Shown here piece after piece: positions 50,277 to 60,031 of a DNA stretch of 64,000 bases; the first letter of the stretch is position 1; each line of letters starts with the position of its first letter. Under the pieces are notes generated by a model. It was given only the letters and a program-made list of their open reading frames with translations, made no database searches and was not told where the DNA came from. The translations under genes were made by a program, and so were the position numbers. The DNA is from an uncultured delta proteobacterium (GTDB taxonomy: Bacteria > Desulfobacterota > Binatia > UBA9968): assembly GCA_963745835.1 (NCBI GenBank), contig CAVUZH010000003.1, positions 256,001-320,000 of the forward strand, written 5' to 3'.

Positions 50277-51385
50277 ATGCTCGACTTTATTAATCCATCG
50301 CATCCGTCTGAATTTGCAGTTCTAAGATTAGTCGCCGAAGCACAGGAGAGAGGCGGCGATGTTTTCGATATCGGCCGCCTGTGCAAAACGCTCGAGCCCG
50401 GCGACATGGTCGGCTGGGAAAAGAGCTGGCTCGGACTAGCCGAGGCGACCGAAGCCAAGGCCAAGCGGGAGCTCGCCTTAGGCCACAAGCGCACGGCCAT
50501 GCAGTTTTTTTTCCATGCCAATCAATACTATCGGATGTCGGATGTGTTCCTAGCCGGAGATCAGCTGGAACGCAGGAAGGCGCGCTTTCTGAAATGCCAG
50601 GAAAATTTCCAGGCTGCGGCAAGACTGCATTCGCCCAAAATCGAGACGATCACAATTCCCTGCGGTTCGGAGGAATACGAAGGTTACCTCGCCCATCCAG
50701 TCAATCCAGCTCCGGGGAAATGGCCGGTGGTGTTTTTAATCGGCGGCGCCGATGCTTTCTCGGAGGAGCTGTACTTCGACGGTAGACCGGCGACCGAGCG
50801 CGGCTGGGCGCTGGTGCTCGTCGACACTCCGGGCCGTGGCTCGTCGATCTATGTAAAAGGAATTCCCTCACGACCCGACTATGAAGTTCCGATCAAGGCT
50901 TGCATCGACTACTGGTTGCGCGGCCTGAGTTGGACCCGCATAGAATCGCCGTGATCGGCATCAGCATGGCGGGGTACTATGCGCCGCGCGCGGTCGCATT
51001 CGAGCCGCGTGTGAAAGCCTACATCGGCTGGTCCGGCTGCTACAGCGTGTTGGACGATCTGTACGAATTCTGCCCCAATCTAAGACCCACTGTGCGGCGT
51101 CTGCTGGGCGGCTTAACCGACGAGCAGGCGCGCGAGCAACTGAAGGCTTTTACTATGGAGGGTATTGCGCAGAATATAAAATGTCCGACCTTGATCACTC
51201 ATGGTGGAAACGACATCCGCATGAGCCCCGAAGGCGCCAGACGACTCTTTAACGAGATCGGCGCCACAGACAAGACTCTGACGATTTACGACGATCCCAA
51301 AGCCGGCGGGACCATTCACTGCAGCCACGATTATTGGGCGCACCACGTACCCTACATGCTCGACTGGTTGGAGGAGCGTCTGTAA
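50277..51385 (+). CDS. Alpha/beta hydrolase, FrsA/2,6-dihydroxypseudooxynicotine hydrolase-like (frameshift near 50912)
   Basis: GGAD...EE and D.PGRG in the first ORF; GISMAGYY, HG..D and HC in the second ORF. Confidence 0.85.
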
Positions 51386-51527
51386 AAATTCTGCTTGGTT
51401 TAGCCGCCCCTCCTGTTATTTCCCGGCCGATCATTTCCGGCGGGGCTAACGCCAGTGCGCCTTCGCGATGGAGCAACGTGGAACTATAAGGATATTTTTT
51501 ACGCGTCGTTAGCGGCGTTTTACATCC

Positions 51528-51866
51528 TTACTTCCGAGTGGATCCAGGAGAAAAGTATTCGGCGCGACTGACGGCGACGTCTGAGACGAACATCACTCCG
51601 GTGTAGCGGTCGAACAGAGGTTTCAAGCCGGCCAAAATCGGCTCGACTTTCTCAGGCGCGACGACTGACATTAACATGACGATGCTGTCTATCTCGTTGA
51701 ACATCGGATGGGCCGTGTGAAAACCGTGATGCCCTTTTCCGGAAATGTTGTGGATGATGGTATAGCCGGTGGCCTTGTTGTCGAGCAAGTCGGTTGCGAA
51801 TTTCAAGTGCTCTCCCTGGATGACAATCCTGATTTCCTTCATCGGATGAAGCGTGAGATTGCTCAT
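51528..51866 (-). CDS. PII-like (SbtB-type) regulator of the DAB operon
   Basis: 112 aa; ATGYTI...SGKGHHG, G.MFVSDV.V.R..YF; directly downstream of dabA. Confidence 0.8.
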   Translation of the reverse strand: MSNLTLHPMKEIRIVIQGEHLKFATDLLDNKATGYTIIHNISGKGHHGFHTAHPMFNEIDSIVMLMSVVAPEKVEPILAGLKPLFDRYTGVMFVSDVAVSRAEYFSPGSTRK

Positions 51867-51878
51867 GCTGATCTCCTT

Positions 51879-54800
51879 TCAAACGAATCTCTGGACACGA
51901 GATGAACACTTTGGATTCACAGCCTGCCACCCTTCTTTGGGAACGTACCGGTAAGCTAGCTGCGCTTCAGGCTCGATGGCGATGAGATACAGCCATTGGT
52001 TATCGTACAGTCGCTGCAAATGGCGTTGGTTGCTGATGATTTTATCGATTCTTTCCCTGGGCGCCTCCACCAGGGTCACGAGCCGCATCGGCTCATGGTA
52101 GGGCCGCATTCCATTCATGACCGTCTGCCAGGCCAGGCCGGTGCGCAGGTCGCTCTGGGGACCGGACATAATCCCAAAGCGGCCGACTACGTTGTGGTAG
52201 ATTTTGCTACCGCTGCCGTAGCCCGCCGGATCCACTACGGAAAAGTAATGCTCCATATTGATCCATTGTCCGACGATCTGCGGTCCGGCCATCACGACCT
52301 CGAGCAAGCGGCCGTCCGGATCTTCACGGTAATCGTAAGAATGCAGAAAGGCCCGGGCGTCAAGATTGATGCCGCGGGTCAAAGCGCGGCGCCCAATGAT
52401 AAATGCGGCATTGCCGGATAGCCCCCATTCGGGACGGACCTGGCTCCAGTCGGCGCTTCGGCGGTGTACCGTGCGCCGGGCTTTCGAAGCGCCCAGGCTT
52501 ACCTTGATCTCGGGAAATCTAGCGCATCGCTCTTGGCTGTTGCGCGCTCCCGCCGATTCAAGATCGCGGACTAGTTGGAGCAGATCCTTGCGGTGAGTAG
52601 GGGGGAGATCTTCCAGATCGAAGAGATCGATGTCATCGGTGGTGGTATTGTGTTGTCCGGCGATGAAGTAGGTGTCCTGCGGAATGGCAATGCCGTTCTT
52701 GGCGAGCTGCTCCCGCACCAGGGGTTTGTTCGCCATGATCGCCAGCACCCTCGCGTTGGGCTTGCCCGGGTTGCCGCCACAGGCGCCGCAATCGAGAGCC
52801 GCTTCGAAGGGGTTGTTCTCGGAGGTGCTGCCATGGCCGCAAAAAAGCACGAGACGGGCAAAGTTCCGCGTCAGCCCCATCATTCTTAGCGCGGTTTCCA
52901 CGGTGAAGACTTGCTCGCTGAGAGTGAACCCGGTCCGGGTGATACGCTCCATACGAGCAAATGACGCGCCCGGGTTGATGCCGTGGTTTCGCCTGAGATC
53001 TTCAACAAATGCCGCTTCTTCTTCGCGGGAAAGCGCGGTGGAGCGCGCCTGCGGCGATGGTTCCCCCGCGCTCTGTCCGTCGAGCGCCCGCCGACGCAAA
53101 AACTCCAAGCGTTCCAGCGATAGGTTCAGATGGCGCTCACCGAAATTTTCCTGCAGCGCGCGGCGGGTAATTGCGCGCTGTTCCGCCGCCAACATTTCCT
53201 CTACTTCTTCGCGTGACAGTTTGTCTACAGTCAAAGTCGTCGCTACCGGCGGGACCATCTTGCGCCGAAGCCAGCTCATGACGTTTCTATACCAGGTTGG
53301 CCAAAGGGTCTTGCCGACAAAGGGCAGGCTGTAAAACCAACCCAGCGACTCCACCATGACATACGGAGTGACGACATTTTCCTTAAGATCGTAGAGCAGG
53401 GTGTGTCCGGTTTCGAGAAGTTTTTCCCGGTGCCGGCGTCTGAATAAATAGTGGCCTTGATAGGTCCGGGGAATCTCGCGGACCAAATTTTTAGTCTTCA
53501 TGATTACCGGAAACTGATCGGTTTCATGATGGCTGCCGAGGCCCTGGTAGCGGATGAAGACGGCGAAAAAACCTGCGAAGCCGAAGGTCTCGTAATCGCC
53601 AATCGCTTCCAAGTGACGCCGGATCGACTCCGAACGGACGTCGATGCAAAACACCGCCTGCGCCTGATGACGTACTTTTATTTCACCCGGCAATTCGCTT
53701 TGCTCCCCGGCTGGCGCAGATGGGCTTCGACCGGAAGCGACTTGGCTGGCTTGACCGAGGTTTACGGGGAGCTTGCCCAGCAGTTCTTCCTGGTATCCCG
53801 CCTCGAACGCCCTGAGCCATATGGGCCCATGGTCCGCTTCAGGAAATCCATCGATCCACTCGAGCAGTGTCAGCAGGTTGCCGGGCTCGCTTTGCATCAG
53901 AATACCGGAATCATGTCCGAGAGCTTGCGCAAGTGCGAACAAGCGCCAGGCGCCGACGAGAGCTGCCGGGCTATGCTCCTGTGCTTGGCCGAAATATTTC
54001 GGAGATAAGTTGTCGCGCCGCTGCATCTCAGTCAATATTGCATCGATGTTGCCGTCGATGCCGAGCGATTGACGACAGGCTTTTTGCACCAACTCACGTT
54101 CATACCAAACTCGCACCGCAAGATACTGCGCCAGATCGACGGGATAGGCGAGCTGCCATTCATATTCACTTTGATCGGCGCGCCATTTGATGAAGCCCGC
54201 CCATCCCGATAGAGCCACGAGGTGAAGCGAGAGATAATCCTGCCGGGCATCGACCGGGATACCAAGGGTCGCTAAACTTTCGAGCAGCGCATCTTCCGGC
54301 TGCTCCGGCAATCGGCCCAGCTTCTCGCGACTGTTCTCGATTGCTGCGGGAGACCATTCCTGTTGAGCGAGAAATCTCCAGGCGGCGTAGAAACCCTTCT
54401 CACGCCGCGGCATAGGCCAGGTGGCATGACCTTCGTCCAAAAACGCCTCGCACCATTTAACCAATTCACGGTTAATTTGCTCGCCGATTTGGGTGCCCAG
54501 GGTGCGATCGCACCAGCTGGCCAGCATCAGAGTTCGACCGAGATCTCCCTGCTCTGCGGTAGCCCGCCAGCTCTGCGGCGGTTTCGCAGCCGACGTCAGA
54601 TGATTTGCCAGCGATTTGATCGCGTTGCGCTCGGGATGGCGCTCGAGCAGAGTGGCGAAACTGTCATCAGGAGGAGGAGAAAGATCTTGCAGCATGCAGG
54701 CGCGAAGCACGGCCCCGAGAGTCACGTCATGAGCGCCTAATTGGACGTGCCTGTTTTCTGCGCGCGCTTTTAGCGCGGCATCGAGTTGATCGGGCAGAAT

Positions 54801-55049
54801 CCGGCCCGAGCGGAAATAGTCGCGAAAAACTTCAACGGACAAATAACCCTTGCCGTCGAGCAATCGCTCAGCCCGAGAAATGGCCTCTTCAAAATGGAGA
54901 TACTCCAGGCCGTGTAGCGGATTGTGGTGCACGAATGTGCGCATGGGCCAGTAATCGGCAATGACCTCGCTCGCCAGTAGGATCAACGCTCGGAGCTCAC
55001 TCCGCTGGGATTCGCTGTACTGTGTTGCTGCCATTTGTGCCGTAGTCAT
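51879..55049 (-). CDS. dabA: DabA/DUF2309 (UPF0753) inorganic carbon transporter catalytic subunit
   Basis: WP..TFVHHNPL, FCIDVRSE, GHGS, LDCGACGG (Zn ligands), RPEWGL, FLHSY and HEP.RL; ATGA overlap with dabB. Confidence 0.93.
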   Translation of the reverse strand: MTTAQMAATQYSESQRSELRALILLASEVIADYWPMRTFVHHNPLHGLEYLHFEEAISRAERLLDGKGYLSVEVFRDYFRSGRILPDQLDAALKARAENRHVQLGAHDVTLGAVLRACMLQDLSPPPDDSFATLLERHPERNAIKSLANHLTSAAKPPQSWRATAEQGDLGRTLMLASWCDRTLGTQIGEQINRELVKWCEAFLDEGHATWPMPRREKGFYAAWRFLAQQEWSPAAIENSREKLGRLPEQPEDALLESLATLGIPVDARQDYLSLHLVALSGWAGFIKWRADQSEYEWQLAYPVDLAQYLAVRVWYERELVQKACRQSLGIDGNIDAILTEMQRRDNLSPKYFGQAQEHSPAALVGAWRLFALAQALGHDSGILMQSEPGNLLTLLEWIDGFPEADHGPIWLRAFEAGYQEELLGKLPVNLGQASQVASGRSPSAPAGEQSELPGEIKVRHQAQAVFCIDVRSESIRRHLEAIGDYETFGFAGFFAVFIRYQGLGSHHETDQFPVIMKTKNLVREIPRTYQGHYLFRRRHREKLLETGHTLLYDLKENVVTPYVMVESLGWFYSLPFVGKTLWPTWYRNVMSWLRRKMVPPVATTLTVDKLSREEVEEMLAAEQRAITRRALQENFGERHLNLSLERLEFLRRRALDGQSAGEPSPQARSTALSREEEAAFVEDLRRNHGINPGASFARMERITRTGFTLSEQVFTVETALRMMGLTRNFARLVLFCGHGSTSENNPFEAALDCGACGGNPGKPNARVLAIMANKPLVREQLAKNGIAIPQDTYFIAGQHNTTTDDIDLFDLEDLPPTHRKDLLQLVRDLESAGARNSQERCARFPEIKVSLGASKARRTVHRRSADWSQVRPEWGLSGNAAFIIGRRALTRGINLDARAFLHSYDYREDPDGRLLEVVMAGPQIVGQWINMEHYFSVVDPAGYGSGSKIYHNVVGRFGIMSGPQSDLRTGLAWQTVMNGMRPYHEPMRLVTLVEAPRERIDKIISNQRHLQRLYDNQWLYLIAIEPEAQLAYRYVPKEGWQAVNPKCSSRVQRFV

Positions 55050-57620
55050 CTCCATGGCATGCGAGTGCCGTGCGCCAGTGGAACGGTTTCGAACCAATCA
55101 AGCGGCACGGCGCCGAGGGCGATTAGAATCAGCAGCAGAAGCGCGAACACCGCAACCTCACTTGTTTGGAAGTCGTTATAGCGAATATCGGAGCGGTGCG
55201 GACCAAACAGAAGCCGCTGCATCATTCTGAACAAATACCACGATGCCAAGAACCAGGTGAATAGAATCACCATCAGTCCCCACGAAACCGTAGCCGAAGC
55301 CTGCAGCAACATCGCCACATATGCGGAAAAAACGCCAAACGGAAGCAGCCCTAAGGCCGCCATAACCAACAAAGAAAACACGGTAGCAAAGCGGGGCATC
55401 GGCCCTGCCAAACCGTGCATGCCGTCTAAAGTCAAATCGCCGTACCGTCCACGTACGCGTTCCCAAGCAAGGAGCAGTCCGGCGGAAATCAATATTGTCG
55501 TGACCAAGTAGATGATTGCTTGAACAGCCAGATTTCCTGTAATGCCGAGACTCCACCACAGAGCTGAAAAGAAAGCTACGCCGGCGTAGGCCACAAGTTG
55601 CGGAACTCTCGTTTGACCCAAAGCTTTGAGCGATCCATACACCGCGCCGAATAAGGCCAGCACGCTTACGGCACGAAGAGTCTCGACCGGAAGATCCGGC
55701 ATCAACTGAGCGATCCCGAACACTCCCGCCGCCGGCAGCAGCATGGCGAGGACTACTGCTTGATATCCTGGCCAGCGCGTGAGCGCAGCCACGTAGATTC
55801 CGTGCAGGGGAAAGAGTGGTAGCAGAATAGCAATCAAGATGAATAACCCGATTTCCGCCGGCTGACCCGGCAGCCGCGCGCCGAAGGCTAGTGCCGAGCC
55901 AATGGCGATCAAAGCTGCCAGATACGGGAAGACTCTGCTTGCATTCAGACGATCGACCTCACCTCTAAAGAGTTGGGTGAATCTGATGGCTAGCGCATCG
56001 AGGTAGAGTCGATTCATCAAAAGCAGGTAAATACGAACCCGTAAGTGATTCACCCATTCCGGCATGCCGATCGTTCGCCCATGGCTCTCTGCATAAATCA
56101 GAATCCAGCCAAGAATGATGACCAAGGCAAACGCCGATACCAAGACATCGAACAGTAGGACCGGTAAAGCGCCGGCTTGAAAGTGGGCAGCTACCTGGCC
56201 CGGCGCCGGAAATAAGAAGTGTGTGAAGCTTTCCGCTGCCAGCAGATAGGTGATGACCACGAGGAAGAGTGTAAAGAGCATGCTCATAGCCACCTTCCAA
56301 GTAGCGACCGCCCGCAGGCGATATAGTGTCAGGATGGCTTGGGAAGAGGTGGCCCAGCCGAAGAAGAGAAAGATCGTCGTTCCCTGTGAATCTCTCAATG
56401 GAATGCGCAGGATGCCATGAGCCGCTAGCAGGATGATCAACGGAAGGATCAGGGTTGTAAGAAATCCGGTGAGCCAGGTGAGAGTCGAAAATTGACTTCT
56501 CTCGATTCCCTCACTCTTGGGAGGCAGTCGGGGTTCTTGGCGAGCGGCATGAATCACGTAGCCGCAATTTAAAAATATCGTGCCTTTAAACAGGCCATGG
56601 GCGATTAAGTGAAAGATTGCAAGGCCGTAGGCGCCCAGACCGCATTCCATAATCATAAAGCCCATCTGTCCAATGGTTGAATAGCCCAAGCGTCTTCTTG
56701 ATGTCGTTCTGAACCAGCATCATGGAAGAACCCAGCAGAGTAGTAACCATGCCGACGGCGAAGACCAGATGGAGCGTTGGCGGATTCAAATCGTAGAGCG
56801 GCGCCAGACGGGTCAAGAGAAAACCGCCTGCGTTGATAATTCCGGCGTGCAGCAGGGCATGGACCGGTGTCGGCGCGTACAGAGAATCGGGCAGCCACAT
56901 GTGCAATGGAAACTGCGCCGACTTGGTCATGGCGCCGATGAAAATCAATAGAGTGACGGCGGTGTCGGCGCGCATCTCGAAGCTACCGCCGGGCCCGAGA
57001 AAGAGCGAGCTTTGGACCTCGGCAGCGCGCAAAAACAGCTGCTGAAAATCCAAGCTGCCATACGTGCGATACGCCAGCACGATTGCGGCGAGAAAGGCAA
57101 CGTCGCCGATGCGCTGCATAACAAATGTTCTAAAGGCGCCCCGGACTGTTAGTGAGTGGCTGTAGTTGTGAGACAGGAGCGGCACGAGCCAACTCAGCAG
57201 TTGCCAGAATATGAAGAGCATTAGTAGATTGGCGCTCGACACCATGCCGAACAGAACGAAACCGGTAAAAGCCAGTAAGCTGTGAAAGCGAGTATATCCG
57301 CGCTCCTGTTGCATGTAGCGGATCGAAAATAGATGGATCAGGATACTGATTGCGGCGATATGCACGAGCATCACCGACGAAAGCCGATCAATGTGCAAAC
57401 CGAATTGTAAGATCCCGTCGTGCCAGGATGATAAATGGATGGTTTGCGGTCCGCGAGTGGTTACTTCGTAAAGGACCAGCAGCGAGAGCGCGAAAGAAAT
57501 CACTTCCGCCGCCACGCCGATCCGGCCAGCCTTAGGGCCGAGCGTGCGTCCCAGAAGGCCGATGATCAATCCCGCCGCCAACGGCAAAAGGAGTATCAAC
57601 GCAGGATAATAAGCGAGCAT
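55046..57620 (-). CDS. dabB: DabB (NuoL/ND5-like) membrane subunit with an extra C-terminal antiporter-like domain (frameshift near 56686)
   Basis: KSAQFPLHMWLP, APTPV.ALLHAG.INAGG. Removing one base from CCC 56685-56687 gives KKTLGYSTIGQMG...HLIAHGLFK; about 857 aa. Confidence 0.88.
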
Positions 57621-57705
57621 GATCTTGGTCTAGAACCTGTCAATGCATAATATGACGATAAAAGATCGTCGTCTCGTTTGAGAAATAGCTGCCGCGCCGC
57701 AAGCC

Positions 57706-57735
57706 AAAAAAAGCCGGCCCTTTGAAGAGCCGGCT
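57706..57735 (-). terminator. Intrinsic terminator within the dabB 5' leader
   Basis: Minus strand AGCCGGCUCU-UCAA-AGGGCCGGCU followed by U6, ending 85 nt upstream of the dabB ATG. Confidence 0.85.
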
Positions 57736-57741
57736 AGTCCA

Positions 57742-57776
57742 TACCGATCCCAACTGCCTGCTTCAGGCTATCGGTA
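57742..57776 (-). ncRNA. Candidate riboswitch aptamer / attenuator hairpin
   Basis: UACCGAU-A-GCCUG-AAG-CAGGC-AGUUGGG-AUCGGUA: two stems with a 1x7 internal loop, 6 nt before the terminator. Confidence 0.6.
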
Positions 57777-57786
57777 GAATTTTTTT

Positions 57787-57815
57787 ACCATAGCGTATGA
57801 CTTTAGGGCAGTAAA
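57787..57815 (-). promoter_or_regulatory. Putative sigma-70 promoter of the dab operon
   Basis: TTTACT-N17-TATGGT; the predicted start lies just 5' of the hairpin. Confidence 0.5.
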
Positions 57816-58038
57816 GCCATTGCATCCGCTCATGAGCCGAATAGCAGCCGCCTTTTGATTCACCAGGCACCGAACTGTGCTGATTAGCAAACCGGATGAT
57901 GGTCAGATTGCTTGCCGCCCGCCAGTAGCGATGCTAAAGACATAGCCACTCATGACGACTTAGTTTGTTTGCGCGCGAAATCGTAAAGGTGATCGTTAGA
58001 CGGAAAAGCATGGTTTTTCAACTAGGACACTAATTTAT

Positions 58039-58941
58039 ATGGATGCGTACGATATTGTAGTAGCCGGCGGCGGAATGGCCGGCCTGAGTGCTGCTCTGTA
58101 CGGCGGCTGGCTGGGACATACGGTTTTCCTTGCCGAACGGCAGATGTTTGGCGGGCAGATTGTCAACGCCGATCAGATCGAGAATTATCCGGGCTTCCCG
58201 GACGGTGTTTTGGGTGCTGACTTGGTGTCGCAAGTGCGCATGCAAGCGTTAAAGCTCGGCGCAAAGATGCAATACCTCGAAATGACCGGCATTAAGACTG
58301 AGGGAGACGGGTTCCAATTGGCTACGGCGGAGGAACCGATTCAAGCAAAGACCGTGATCGTTGCGACAGGGGGCAATCACCGGGTTCTCGGAATCAGGGG
58401 AGAAGCCGAATTCGAAGGCCGGGGCGTTTCCCGCTGTGCTACTTGCGATGGCGCATTTTTCCGGGACCAGCCTGTGGCAGTCGTTGGCGGCGGTGATACA
58501 GCTCTCGATGAAGCTTTGTATCTTTCAAAGATTGCCTCACGGGTCACCATCATCCTTCAAGAGGCAACGCCTATCGCGAGCGAAACTCTATTGCGCCGTG
58601 CGCGAGAGAATCCGAAGATCGAGTTTGTCGCAAATGCAACGCTTGAAGAAATTTCCGGTAACCATTCGATCGAATCACTACGCTTGAATAACGGAACTCA
58701 TGTCCCGGTTGCCGGCGTATTTGTCGCCATTGGGTTCGAACCTGAGACCAGTCTTTTGAAGAATCTCGTGGAGCTGGACCCGATCGGGCATGCGCCGGTG
58801 GACATTCATATGCAGACCACCGTGCCTGGACTCTTCGCCGTCGGATCGGCGCGGCAAGGAAACGCCGGACAACTTGTAAGCGCGGCCGGGGATGGCGTTA
58901 CCGCAGCGCTGGCGGCGCACCGGTACCTTATGAATATTTGA
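58039..58941 (+). CDS. Thioredoxin reductase-like FAD-dependent disulfide reductase
   Basis: GGG.AG, GGQ...IENYPGF, GVS.CATCDG and GGGDTA. Confidence 0.9.
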   Translation: MDAYDIVVAGGGMAGLSAALYGGWLGHTVFLAERQMFGGQIVNADQIENYPGFPDGVLGADLVSQVRMQALKLGAKMQYLEMTGIKTEGDGFQLATAEEPIQAKTVIVATGGNHRVLGIRGEAEFEGRGVSRCATCDGAFFRDQPVAVVGGGDTALDEALYLSKIASRVTIILQEATPIASETLLRRARENPKIEFVANATLEEISGNHSIESLRLNNGTHVPVAGVFVAIGFEPETSLLKNLVELDPIGHAPVDIHMQTTVPGLFAVGSARQGNAGQLVSAAGDGVTAALAAHRYLMNI

Positions 58942-59310
58942 ATTGAACCGGATCGGTCATTACTCCGCGGCTGCTCATCTATTCCAACTCCACTTAGGCA
59001 GGCTGCCTGCGCCTATCGTCATAGAATTTGCAATCGATAACGAGTAGTAGTTTCGTAGCCGCGGATATTTCTTTTCTTCTCTAGGCATCATCCAATCTAA
59101 AATGCGGCGATATGTGGGAAACGGCCGGCGATCATTAGCTGCGCGATCCCTCGGATCGGGTCGATGTTTGTCCGTCCCGTGATTCGAGCTCACGGTTGCG
59201 GCGCATGGATGACTTGCATATAACGGACAAACAACTGAAAAAAATTCTTTATGCCAGTTCTTGTATGAGAGTCTCACAAAACACCTGGTCTCTTAGGAGG
59301 ATGCAGTCCA

Positions 59311-59847
59311 ATGGCAATGCTCAAGATGCTTGACCCAAGAGCCAGTGTAAATCCCGAAGAGCGGCCTCTGATGCCGGGCTTGGATTCGCTGGAAGGGAAG
59401 GTAATCGGCATTATCGACAACGGCCAATCAAATTCCACGGCGATGTTCCAAGAATTGGCGAAGTTGATGCGGGAAAAATTTCAAACAGCAGAAATAGTTT
59501 TTAAGACGAAGCCCTCGCATATGCAGGGAGCGCCCAGGCCGATTATAGAGGAATTCGTCAGCCGTTGTGATGCGGTGATCACCGGCCTGGGAGCTTGAGG
59601 GTCGTGCACGTCGTGGAGTGTCCACGACGCCATCGAGCTGCAAAAAAAGGGAAAGCCGACAGTTACTCTGTGTCAATCGATTTTCATGGAGCTGGCCAAG
59701 ACCGAAGCGAAGTTCTTTGGGCTCGCTACGCTTCCATTGGTGGAAATTCCACATCATCCGAGCGGCGGCGCCAGAGCCGGCGAGCATCGCGCCGATGCCG
59801 AAGGAGCGGTGGATTTGGTGCGCCAGCGGCTGACACTGGCGATATAG
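59311..59847 (+). CDS. UGSC-motif selenoprotein (Sec at TGA 59596-59598), 178 aa
   Basis: Reading through the TGA gives ...[31 protein letters not shown]...LPLVEIPHHP...TLAI, ending at TAG 59845-59847; AGGAGG RBS. Confidence 0.88.
59609..59629 (+). promoter_or_regulatory. Bacterial SECIS-like hairpin
   Basis: CGTCGTGGA-GTG-TCCACGACG is a perfect 9-bp stem starting 10 nt after the TGA, with a G-led loop. Confidence 0.7.
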
Positions 59848-60031
59848 AGGCAGCACCTGCCAGGTCAAACATAGCTTGGGCTAAGAACATCGACAGAGTA
59901 ATGGAGATGATCGTAAAAAGCCTGCAAGGCACCCCTACCTCAATCCTGCCCCGCAAGGCGGAAGGAAGAAGACGCGAACCGCGAACACCCGGCCACAAGA
60001 CCGCTCGTAGCAGGTACTTAGGAGTTTGCTG

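Noticed and set aside
55046-57620. Respiratory complex I nuoL/nuoM or Mrp antiporter genes
   Set aside because: No other nuo or mrp genes are present; coupling to DUF2309 identifies DabB.
59932-59968. Possible further REP-like element (also about 41335-41375)
   Set aside because: The two candidates are short and too diverged to support a family call.
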